From the NCBI GenBank assembly GCA_022446885.1, contig JAKVBU010000007.1:20081-84080 (forward strand): 64,000 nucleotides of DNA, read 5' to 3'. Below the pieces are notes generated by a model that had not been told where the DNA came from, searched no databases, and saw only the letters and a list, made by a program, of their open reading frames with translations. Source of the DNA: Phycisphaerales bacterium. GTDB lineage: Bacteria > Planctomycetota > Phycisphaerae > Phycisphaerales > SM1A02. The position numbers were made by a program, and so were the translations under genes. Positions 10,936-19,253 of this stretch are shown here, one piece after another; the first letter of the stretch is position 1, and every line of letters starts with the position of its first letter.

Positions 10936-11772
10936 ATGTCCGACAGCACCGAAACGAATGATCCATCCAGCGCCTCACCGCTGGCCGAGGTCGCTGATCT
11001 TGTCCGCCAAGGCGATGCCGCGGCTGCGTTGAGCGGCCTCAAGGAACGCATTCGTAAGGAACCAGGCAACGCCGACCTCAGGTTGTCGCTTGCTCAACTG
11101 CAGGCGATCATGGGCGACTGGGACAAGGCAATGGCGGCCGCGGACACGGCCTCCACGCTCGACACCGAACGAGGCCTGCTCTGTCAGCAGTGGAAGTTGC
11201 AGATCGCAGCCGAGCAGACTCGAGCCGAGGTGTTCGCGGGCGAGCGTACCGCGATCGTCATGGGCGAACCCGAGCCGTGGATCGCGGGCATGCAAGATGC
11301 CCTCAGGCTCGACGGCGAAGGGCAGTCCCAAGCTGCCGATGATGCCCGCCGCGCTGCTCTGGAGAACGCGACCGCACGCGGTGGCACCATCAATGGCACC
11401 CCCTTCGAGTGGCTCTGTGATGCTGATGAGCGCATCGGGCCCTGCTTTGAGGCCATCATCAACGGGCGATACGCATGGGTCCCGCAGGGTGCCGTCACCG
11501 CCGTCACGGTGAAGCAGCCATCCGAGCTCATCGACCTCGTCTGGGTCGAAACGGTGATGCGATTCACCAACGGCGGCGAAACAGCGGCGCTGACACCGGT
11601 CCGCTACCCCGGCAGCACCAACAGCGACGATCAACGCATCGTGCTGGGCCGATTGACCACCTTCGAGGCAACCGCAGGCGGAACCAACATCGGGTTCGGG
11701 CAGAGACTGTTGGCGACCGACGCCGACGACTACCCCCTGCTCCAGATTCAGTCCATCGAATTCAACGCCTGA
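10936..11772 (+). CDS. tagJ: T6SS accessory protein TagJ (ImpE/SciE family)
   Basis: TPR-like N-terminus plus blocks typical of the ImpE family: AEVFAGERTAIVMGEPEPW, FEWLCDADERIGPCFEAIINGRYAWVP, GQRLLATDADDYPLLQIQSIEF. Confidence 0.9.
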   Translation: MSDSTETNDPSSASPLAEVADLVRQGDAAAALSGLKERIRKEPGNADLRLSLAQLQAIMGDWDKAMAAADTASTLDTERGLLCQQWKLQIAAEQTRAEVFAGERTAIVMGEPEPWIAGMQDALRLDGEGQSQAADDARRAALENATARGGTINGTPFEWLCDADERIGPCFEAIINGRYAWVPQGAVTAVTVKQPSELIDLVWVETVMRFTNGGETAALTPVRYPGSTNSDDQRIVLGRLTTFEATAGGTNIGFGQRLLATDADDYPLLQIQSIEFNA

Positions 11773-11785
11773 TCAGGACAAGACG

Positions 11786-14605
11786 ATGACGCTTCAGATC
11801 CGACGTACTGCGCTATTCTCTCGACTCGACCCACTTGCCTACAAGGCCTTGGAAGGTGCCACAACGCTCGCCAAGTTGCGGGGCAACCCACAGGTTGAGA
11901 TCGTCCACTGGTTCAACCAGATCCTGAATGAGCAAGACAGTGACATCCACCGCATCATTCGGGCCTTTGGCATCGATGCCGGCCGCCTCGCCTCCGACGT
12001 GACGGCTGCCATGGAGGCACTTCCGGGTGGCTCGTCTGAGCTCAAAGACCTCTCCGGATCGGTTGACCAACTTGTGCGAGAAGCATGGCTGCAAGCCTCG
12101 CTGGCCTTTGGCGGACTGGCTATTCGAACCGGCCACCTGCTTTTGGCACTCTGCGGCGAAGAAGCCCTGCAGCCAGAGATGGATGGGCTCTCCGCTCAGC
12201 TCAAGCAGATCGACGTGTTCAAACTTGGCGAGGAGTTCGACTCGCTTGTTGAAGGATCGCCTGAGACGGCCCAAGCAAATGCCGCGTCGGTTGGCGACGG
12301 CGATGCCATGCCAGGTGAGGCCAGCGGTGCGCTCGCTCCAGCCCAGTTGGGCAAGCAGGAAGCCCTGAAGCGATTTACGACGGATCTCACCCAGCAAGCA
12401 CGCGATGGCGAACTGGATCCCATCGAAGGGCGAGACACCGAGATTCGTCAGGCGATCGACATTCTGCTTCGCCGAAGGCAAAACAACCCGATCCTCGTGG
12501 GCGAGGCCGGCGTGGGCAAGACAGCCGTGGTCGAGGGGCTCGCCCAGCGCATTGTGCGTGGTGACGTACCCCCGTCCGTGCAAGGCGTGCGGCTCTTGAC
12601 GCTGGATATCGGCCTGCTGCAGGCGGGCGCCAGCATGAAGGGTGAGTTTGAAAACCGCCTGCGGCAAGTCATCGAGGAGGTCCATGCCTCCCCTGATCCG
12701 ATCATCCTCTTTGTTGACGAAGCCCACACCTTGCTGGGCGCCGGCGGCCAGCAGGGCACCGGCGATGCCGCGAACCTGCTCAAGCCGGCACTGGCTCGCG
12801 GCACCCTGCGAACCGTGGCCGCGACGACTTGGGACGAGTACAAGAAGTACATCGAGAAGGACCCGGCCCTCACTCGACGCTTCCAGACGATTCTCGTCGA
12901 AGAGCCGTCGATCGAGAAGGCTCAGCTCATGATGCGAGGGGTCGCTACGGCGCTTTCGAACCACCACGGCGTGCTCATCACCGAGGAAGGCATCGATGCA
13001 TCGGTGGAACTCAGCGCCCGCTACCTGCAGGCCCGTCAATTGCCAGACAAGTCCGTCAGCGTGCTGGATACCGCCTGCGCCCGCGTCGCTGTGACCCAGC
13101 ATGCGGTGCCCGCCGAGGTAGACGACCTCCGCAACGCCCTGCGTGCCTTGGATGTCGAACAGAGGCTGGTCGATCGCGAATTGGCATTGGGCATTGAAAA
13201 TCATCGGGCCGAGGAGATTGGGCCTGAGATCGAGTCCGCCAAGGCTCAACTTGCCGAGGCCGAAGCGCGATACGAAGAAGAGATCGGTATCGCCAGAGAG
13301 ATCATGGAGATCCGCGCCAAGCTCCTCAAGGGCATTGATGCGGATGACGATGCCGACGCACCTCAGAGTGGCGATGACGCCGAGGCTGCCTCTGATTCTG
13401 GCGAGCAGAAAGAGGACGCTGGCACCGATGGCGCCCCAGACACCGACACTGCAAAGGCCACCGAGGACTCGGGCGATGCCCCCGCGCCCGCCGCTGATGA
13501 AGAGGAAGCCATCGACGCCGATGCCCTTCGTGTCTCACTGGCCGAGTTGCAGACGAAGTTGGAAGAAGCCCAGGCTGAAGTGCCCATGGTGCTCCCCACT
13601 GTCGATGGCGACGCCGTCGCCGCAGTGATCGGTGACTGGACGGGCATCCCGGTTGGCCGCATGGTCGCTGATCAGGTGCAGAGCGCCCTCGACCTGCCCG
13701 ATCTGCTTGGCAAGCGAATCATCGGACAGGACCATGCCCTGCAGGAAGTGTCCGCCCGAATTCAAACCGCCAAGGCGGGGCTGGAAGACCCCAGCAAGCC
13801 ATCGGGCGTGTTCATGCTGGTTGGGCCATCTGGTGTGGGTAAGACCGAAACCGCCCTTTCACTGGCCGAGGTCCTCTACGGCGGCGAGCAGGGGCTCATC
13901 ACCATCAACATGAGTGAGTTCCAAGAGGCCCACACGGTCTCCACGCTCAAAGGGGCCCCTCCCGGATACGTGGGATACGGCGAAGGTGGCGTGCTCACCG
14001 AGGCTGTTCGACGAAAGCCATACTCGGTGGTGCTGCTCGACGAGATGGAGAAGGCCCACAAAGATGTGCATCAGGTCTTCTTTCAGGTCTTCGACAAGGG
14101 CTGGATGGAGGACGGCGAGGGAAGACGCATCGACTTCAGAAACACCGTCATCATCATGACCAGCAATGTGGCCACTGATGAGATCGTGCAATTGGTCGAA
14201 GATCCGGATCTGGCGCCCCCCGCTGCCGAACTCGTCAAGAGCATCAAACCCGCGATGCTCAAGACCTTCCCACCGGCGCTGCTGGGCCGATGCATCATCG
14301 TGCCCTATCTGCCACTGGGCGACAGCGTGCTGGAGAAGATCATCGGCCTGAAGATCGCCAAAATCGCCAAGCGATTGCTCAACGAGAAGGGCATCACGCT
14401 CGAGTACGACGACGCAGTGACGAAGTTCGTCATGGACCGCTGTGAAGATGCTGGCTCAGGCGCCCGAATGATCGACGCCATTCTCACCAACAGCCTGCTG
14501 CCCAACGTGAGCCAGAGATTGCTGGAGCGGCTGCTCGAGGGCACGCCTACCACGACGGCGAAGATCTCCGCCGGAGAGGGTGAATTGAAGGTCGAATTGT
14601 CCTGA
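11786..14605 (+). CDS. clpV: T6SS AAA+ ATPase ClpV (TssH)
   Basis: ClpV-type N-domain and two AAA modules: GEAGVGKTAVVEGLA / ILFVDEAHTL and GPSGVGKTETALSLA / VVLLDEMEKAH. 939 aa with an acidic insert in the middle domain. Confidence 0.93.
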   Translation: MTLQIRRTALFSRLDPLAYKALEGATTLAKLRGNPQVEIVHWFNQILNEQDSDIHRIIRAFGIDAGRLASDVTAAMEALPGGSSELKDLSGSVDQLVREAWLQASLAFGGLAIRTGHLLLALCGEEALQPEMDGLSAQLKQIDVFKLGEEFDSLVEGSPETAQANAASVGDGDAMPGEASGALAPAQLGKQEALKRFTTDLTQQARDGELDPIEGRDTEIRQAIDILLRRRQNNPILVGEAGVGKTAVVEGLAQRIVRGDVPPSVQGVRLLTLDIGLLQAGASMKGEFENRLRQVIEEVHASPDPIILFVDEAHTLLGAGGQQGTGDAANLLKPALARGTLRTVAATTWDEYKKYIEKDPALTRRFQTILVEEPSIEKAQLMMRGVATALSNHHGVLITEEGIDASVELSARYLQARQLPDKSVSVLDTACARVAVTQHAVPAEVDDLRNALRALDVEQRLVDRELALGIENHRAEEIGPEIESAKAQLAEAEARYEEEIGIAREIMEIRAKLLKGIDADDDADAPQSGDDAEAASDSGEQKEDAGTDGAPDTDTAKATEDSGDAPAPAADEEEAIDADALRVSLAELQTKLEEAQAEVPMVLPTVDGDAVAAVIGDWTGIPVGRMVADQVQSALDLPDLLGKRIIGQDHALQEVSARIQTAKAGLEDPSKPSGVFMLVGPSGVGKTETALSLAEVLYGGEQGLITINMSEFQEAHTVSTLKGAPPGYVGYGEGGVLTEAVRRKPYSVVLLDEMEKAHKDVHQVFFQVFDKGWMEDGEGRRIDFRNTVIIMTSNVATDEIVQLVEDPDLAPPAAELVKSIKPAMLKTFPPALLGRCIIVPYLPLGDSVLEKIIGLKIAKIAKRLLNEKGITLEYDDAVTKFVMDRCEDAGSGARMIDAILTNSLLPNVSQRLLERLLEGTPTTTAKISAGEGELKVELS

Positions 14606-14646
14606 GCGAACCGACTGATTCGGGCTCAGATCAAACCACAATCAAG

Positions 14647-14678
14647 ACGGCCCCGGCTGCAATTGCTGCCGGGGCCGT
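14647..14678. terminator. bidirectional terminator hairpin between convergent clpV and the tssG-operon end
   Basis: ACGGCCCCGGC...GCCGGGGCCGT perfect 11-bp stem located between the stops at 14605 (+) and 14710 (-). Confidence 0.6.
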
Positions 14679-14709
14679 TCATTCGTCGAATGACTGCTGA
14701 TCGTCTGCG

Positions 14710-15162
14710 TCAGTCGGTGGTCGTTGCCTCGGGCGTGGGCTTGGGCTCAATGTCCGCACCCTCCTGAGCCTGCGCCATCGCCTGCATCGCCTGGGCGATC
14801 TTCTGATCTGCTTCCAGATCGATCTCTCCAGCGACAGCTTCGTATGACTGCACCATGCCGCCCAGCAACAACGCAATCCGCTTTGCCGTCGGCCACGTCA
14901 TCTGGATGCGGTGGGTGTGCCGAAACAGCACCGCGAGCCGCGCGGCGTTCTCAGGGCCGATCTGTTGACCAGCCAGATCTGGCGGCACGGCGACGGAAGT
15001 CGTGCCCATGTCGATGCTGCAGTCGTCAGCCATCGGCGTGACGTTGGCCGCATTCACATAGGAATGCACGAGGGCCGAGTCATCCACTTGAACCTGTGGC
15101 TGCTGGGGCTGCTGCTGTTGTTGCTGCGCAAATCCCTGCGGGAAACCGGGAAACATGCTCAT
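14710..15162 (-). CDS. Gln-rich small protein, DUF3467-like (tentative), last gene of the tssBC-hcp-tssEFG operon
   Basis: Strong AAGGAGG Shine-Dalgarno 8 nt upstream of the ATG at 15162 (MSMFPGF). N-terminal QQQQQQPQQPQ tract. SYVNAANV...CSIDMG and RIQMTWPTAKRIALLLGGMVQSYEAVAGEI recall the DUF3467 pattern, from memory and not searched. Confidence 0.6.
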   Translation of the reverse strand: MSMFPGFPQGFAQQQQQQPQQPQVQVDDSALVHSYVNAANVTPMADDCSIDMGTTSVAVPPDLAGQQIGPENAARLAVLFRHTHRIQMTWPTAKRIALLLGGMVQSYEAVAGEIDLEADQKIAQAMQAMAQAQEGADIEPKPTPEATTTD

Positions 15163-15200
15163 TTCTCTTCCCTCCTTCGGGGGGTCAGGCTGGCGTTTTG

Positions 15201-16247
15201 TCAACTGCCCCCATCCGCTGTAATGCTTTCGAAGCGTCTATGGTAGCCCTTTGTGTAGCGATCGGGGCGCCCTCGACCAAGCCAACTGTTGCGGCGAAGT
15301 CGGCTGCCTTGCCCCAATTGCAGTGGGGTCGCATCTTCAGAGATCATCAGCAGGTGCAGGTCCCAGTCCTGCGTGGTTCCCGCATAGAGGTGAATCCACT
15401 CCTCCAAACGCGCTCTGGATCGCTCTCCTGGAAGAAATCGAACATAGTCGTCATGACCGACAGGCCCGATGATCACCCTGAATCGATCCGACAACCCAAC
15501 CGTGGTGCGCCCCAGAGGCACACCGGCGCCAAGCCGGAGCGTGGAATCGAGCCCTTGCTTTGTGAGTGACCAGCGTCCATCAGGTGAGATACGCGTGACA
15601 CAGGGCGTGAACTCCTCCACCTCCACCGGCACCATGAAGTAGTGGGTGAGTTGCTCTCGGATCTGTGCGCCGCCCCGTGTTGGTCGAGCCATATGCGCAA
15701 CCCGCGTGGCGATTGACCGTGGGTCCAGGCTCCAAAGGTCCTCCAACTGCTTGACACTCATGCCCGCCACGGCCAGCATCGCTTCGAGCACCCAGTCAGC
15801 CCCAGGCCGCTGGTCTGCTGAGACTGCGATGCGGTTCGTCGCCCATGCTCGATAGAAGAGCGTGATGATCCGATGGATCAGCATGTCGAGGAATCGCGGC
15901 AGCACTGGGTCGCCGTCGCTGAACTCTCGTTCGCGAACCATCTCGGCAAAGTGCAATGGCATCGGACCGGCAGGGCCAACCAACGTGATGACGTTCTGCA
16001 TCACCTTGGGACGTTGCCCCCGGCGGCCACCGCGTACGCCGGCAATCTCGCGTCCTTCAAACGCAAGAGACAAGTTCTGCCCCACACGAACCGGCTCATC
16101 TTCGGGCGTGGACGTACGCCCCCACAGGAACGACTCGCCACAGAGCCGCTCCATTTCCCGCAGCATCACGAAAAGCCCGTGATGCCCCGGGTCTCGCCCG
16201 ACCGCCTTGGTCAGAGCATCGACTTGTGACCGCTCCGGGGCCGCCAC
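15201..16247 (-). CDS. tssG: T6SS baseplate subunit TssG
   Basis: N-terminal HHGLFVMLREMERL and overall ImpH/TssG-like pattern, positioned directly after tssF. The start overlaps the tssF stop and its exact position is uncertain. Confidence 0.88.
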   Translation of the reverse strand: MAAPERSQVDALTKAVGRDPGHHGLFVMLREMERLCGESFLWGRTSTPEDEPVRVGQNLSLAFEGREIAGVRGGRRGQRPKVMQNVITLVGPAGPMPLHFAEMVREREFSDGDPVLPRFLDMLIHRIITLFYRAWATNRIAVSADQRPGADWVLEAMLAVAGMSVKQLEDLWSLDPRSIATRVAHMARPTRGGAQIREQLTHYFMVPVEVEEFTPCVTRISPDGRWSLTKQGLDSTLRLGAGVPLGRTTVGLSDRFRVIIGPVGHDDYVRFLPGERSRARLEEWIHLYAGTTQDWDLHLLMISEDATPLQLGQGSRLRRNSWLGRGRPDRYTKGYHRRFESITADGGS

Positions 16248-18058
16248 GACAACAGTTCCTCTCCGTTGGAATCGACCAGTTTGGTCTCGATGAAGGAGTT
16301 CACGCTCACCAGTCGCTGCAGGAATCTGGCGACAACCATCGGCAAGGTGTAGACATCCACACTGCCGTGCATTGCTTCTTCAGACACCTCGATGGTGCAC
16401 TCAATCCCTCGAACCTCAGCCGCCCTTCTGCCGATCAACCGCCGACGCGTGACGGTGCGACCTGAAATCCGCTTCAACGCCCTGATCTGCTGCACCGCCT
16501 CCTGATCGTTCTCTTCGATATGCGACATGAGGGCATCCCGCAACGCACCCGTTGCCACCGCCTCGCCCTGATGATCTACTGACCGCAAGTGCCCCACCGC
16601 CATCTGCCCGATCAGTTGCCACTGTCGCTGAGCGTCTTGTTCCGGCTGTCGTGGACGGCTCGGCCCGGCGATCAAATTCGCCTTGGCCAGTCCGGCAATC
16701 GTCTCGACCGACATGCAACGGGCCTGCGCCGGCAACAACAATGGAAGATCTCGATTCGTACACCACACCTCCACCGACAATTGTTCGACGGCCCGGGCAT
16801 GCACGCCCTGAGGAAGCGTCATCGAGATCCAGGTGTCGGTGCCCCGATACTCACTGCGGGCACCATGGCGTTTGACATGTTCTGATTCGAGTCGGTTGGT
16901 TCGATGCAGGCTGTAAAAGCCCGAATCCGGCGCATCGGTGTCCCGCAGGTCATACACGGGACGCAGGGCCATCGACACCTCCCCCTGATCATCGATAGCG
17001 TCCACGCTCTCCAGATCGTAAACCTCGTAGTCGAGTGGACGGGTTCGATCGACGATCACTTCACGTGACTCATGCAGATTGTCAAGCAATACCCGATCGC
17101 CTCGCCGCTTGAACAGATTCACCACCGGCATGGTGTGCAGGCGGAACATCTCCAGCCGCATGCGACGCTCGAGTTCTTCATCCGCATTACGCAGCATGAC
17201 GATGATCTGCACCGATCCCGGGCCCGAGGGCATCAAGGCGGGATCGAAACCGCTTACGGCAAAGCCCTGAAACTGCTCGCGAAGCACCGCATATCGCTGC
17301 ATCAGCAGCATGGTCATGCCACGCCGCTGAGAAGGCGTGAGCAACGAACGCCTGCCACGTTCAAGATCCAGATCGTCCAGAAGGGCCGAAGCGGGCAGAT
17401 GCTGCACAACCTGGTCACCGTCGGTCACCAGTACTCGGGTACAGGACCCAAGCAGCAGCTTGAGCATTTGGCCGGGCACCGTCGCGGGCCCCATCACGTG
17501 CACCGCAAGCGGTGTACCGTCGGCGATCGTCCCCCGATCCCCTCGAACATCCAGTGTCAGTTGGAGCCATGCCTGCTCACCACTCTCAAGCGAGATACCC
17601 GACGGTGGTTGGCCCCGCGAGGTGAGCGTGGCTGAGGCCAACGTGACTGGTCGAAGCGTGATGTCACGTACTGATCGCCATGTGCAGGGTGTCCTCGCCC
17701 CGTCAGGTACGTCAGTCTGCAGCATGGTTCCCGCTGGAACGACCTTCGCCTGTGTGAGATCTGGAGCTGGCTGCAGGGCACAGACTGCCATTGAGGGAAT
17801 CGGCGCTGCCGCGTGCGGCGCTGCGATGTTGACCAGCGATTGAGCCAACCGAGGCATGCCGCCACGCAACTCCCGCTGCACCCGAGCTGTCAAGAAGGCC
17901 GTTCCCTCTATCAGCCGCTCTACCCAAGGATCCTGACACTCGAACTCGTCCAGATCCAACCGCCGCGCAACCGTGGGAAACTCACGGGCAAACTCGCCCG
18001 ACATTCGCCGGAGGTAATCGAGTTCGTCGCTGTAGATACGGAGGAATTCTTCGTCCAT
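16211..18058 (-). CDS. tssF: T6SS baseplate subunit TssF
   Basis: MDEEFLRIYSDELDYLRRMSGEFAREFPTVARRL...WVERLIEGTAFLTARV is the characteristic ImpG/TssF N-terminus. 615 aa. Confidence 0.93.
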   Translation of the reverse strand: MDEEFLRIYSDELDYLRRMSGEFAREFPTVARRLDLDEFECQDPWVERLIEGTAFLTARVQRELRGGMPRLAQSLVNIAAPHAAAPIPSMAVCALQPAPDLTQAKVVPAGTMLQTDVPDGARTPCTWRSVRDITLRPVTLASATLTSRGQPPSGISLESGEQAWLQLTLDVRGDRGTIADGTPLAVHVMGPATVPGQMLKLLLGSCTRVLVTDGDQVVQHLPASALLDDLDLERGRRSLLTPSQRRGMTMLLMQRYAVLREQFQGFAVSGFDPALMPSGPGSVQIIVMLRNADEELERRMRLEMFRLHTMPVVNLFKRRGDRVLLDNLHESREVIVDRTRPLDYEVYDLESVDAIDDQGEVSMALRPVYDLRDTDAPDSGFYSLHRTNRLESEHVKRHGARSEYRGTDTWISMTLPQGVHARAVEQLSVEVWCTNRDLPLLLPAQARCMSVETIAGLAKANLIAGPSRPRQPEQDAQRQWQLIGQMAVGHLRSVDHQGEAVATGALRDALMSHIEENDQEAVQQIRALKRISGRTVTRRRLIGRRAAEVRGIECTIEVSEEAMHGSVDVYTLPMVVARFLQRLVSVNSFIETKLVDSNGEELLSWRPRSGHKSML

Positions 18059-18071
18059 GACGCTGCTCGCT

Positions 18072-18515
18072 TCAGATCAAATTGACCCGGCCCGTATCGG
18101 AGTTCACAAGAGAGTCGAACACCAGTTGACGAGTGCCACCCTCCGCGATCATCTGGCCACTGATCCGCAGAGTGAACTCGGTTGACGACCTGCCGGCCCC
18201 CCCGGGTTGGGCACTGACCTGGATCGTGTCGGCGTCCAGCCGCGGTTCAAATCGCTCGACTGCCGCCCGAATCGTGCGCTCATAGGCTTCAAGCGTCTGT
18301 GGCTGAAGCGACTGCCCGGCGATGCCCTCGACGCCGTAGTTCAGAACCGACGACTGAAGCGTCTTGTGCCGCTCGGCAGCCTGCCGCTCGAGTCGAGCCC
18401 ATGAGTTGAGCAGCAGCAGCAGATCACGACCAATCGTGTCAGCGACAGCAGCGGAATCCTGTTTGGGTCCCTGTCCGGACACCAGCCGGTCGATGATCGA
18501 AAGTGTATCGCTCAT
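18072..18515 (-). CDS. tssE: T6SS baseplate subunit TssE (gp25-like)
   Basis: 147 aa. SIIDRL...IGRDLLLLLNS...SSVLNYGV is a GPW/gp25 lysozyme-like pattern. Lies between hcp and tssF. Confidence 0.88.
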   Translation of the reverse strand: MSDTLSIIDRLVSGQGPKQDSAAVADTIGRDLLLLLNSWARLERQAAERHKTLQSSVLNYGVEGIAGQSLQPQTLEAYERTIRAAVERFEPRLDADTIQVSAQPGGAGRSSTEFTLRISGQMIAEGGTRQLVFDSLVNSDTGRVNLI

Positions 18516-18562
18516 GCCCTGGGCTCCCGCACCTGCAGAAGATACCCAAAGCCCCTCAAGGA

Positions 18563-18595
18563 AACGCCCCCGCCGAACAATTCGGCGGGGGCGTT
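18563..18595 (-). terminator. strong intra-operon hairpin between hcp and tssE (attenuator or RNA-stabiliser candidate)
   Basis: AACGCCCCCGCCGAA-CAA-TTCGGCGGGGGCGTT perfect 15-bp stem in the 116-nt hcp-tssE gap. No U-tract follows on the minus-strand transcript. Confidence 0.45.
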
Positions 18596-18631
18596 CTATT
18601 GGTTCTTTGATCGAGAATGATCAGAGTTGGA

Positions 18632-19144
18632 TCACTTGGCCTTGGACAGATCGTACTGAGCCGAGACGTCGCCCTTCTTCTTGCCGGCCACATCGGTCTC
18701 GGTGTAGGTCTGCTTCCACTGGACGCCGACGATCTCGACCTTCTCCAGGGGGAGGTCCGAGGTGCCATCTGCATCGTGCTTGTCAGGATCGTTACCGTAC
18801 TGGTCGAATCCGGTGACCATGGCCTTCTGAACCTCGTACTTCATGAAGGTGAGGGGCTTTCCGCCGCCGGTGGAACGGCAGATCTCGATCTCGATTTTGC
18901 CAATGTGCTGGCCCTTCATGCAGGCTTCGAAGATCTTGGGGGAAGCCTTGTCCACGTACTTGTAGAGGGCGAGGGGCTTCATCTCGCTGCGACCGGAGGC
19001 CAGGGCTCCACCCTTGGAAACGCTGCTGCCGGCCTGCTGTTGAGCACCCGCCGTGTCAAAGCCGCGGAGTTCAATCCAGTCCTTGTGTCCGTCTTCGGTT
19101 GCCTCCCCGGGCATGTTCTCGATTTTTGCGTATGCGGTAAACAT
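18632..19144 (-). CDS. hcp: T6SS inner tube protein Hcp (TssD)
   Basis: 170 aa. MFTAYAKIENMPGEATEDGHKDWIEL...KASPKIFEACMKGQHIGKIEIE matches the Hcp1 family pattern. Confidence 0.93.
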   Translation of the reverse strand: MFTAYAKIENMPGEATEDGHKDWIELRGFDTAGAQQQAGSSVSKGGALASGRSEMKPLALYKYVDKASPKIFEACMKGQHIGKIEIEICRSTGGGKPLTFMKYEVQKAMVTGFDQYGNDPDKHDADGTSDLPLEKVEIVGVQWKQTYTETDVAGKKKGDVSAQYDLSKAK

Positions 19145-19253
19145 GGTCAGTTCCTTTCTGCTGGCTGTGGGCCCTGTCGGCCCTGCCGTTGAGCCCTCTT
19201 GTCGGGGCTCTTCTCCTCAATACGAAGGCGATGCGATAAAGGTCGCGCTGAGA

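Noticed and set aside
11813-13249. 478-aa ORF antisense to clpV
   Set aside because: It lies entirely within the well-supported clpV reading frame on the other strand. The translation is Arg/Gly/His-rich with no motifs, the typical mirror ORF of GC-rich coding DNA.
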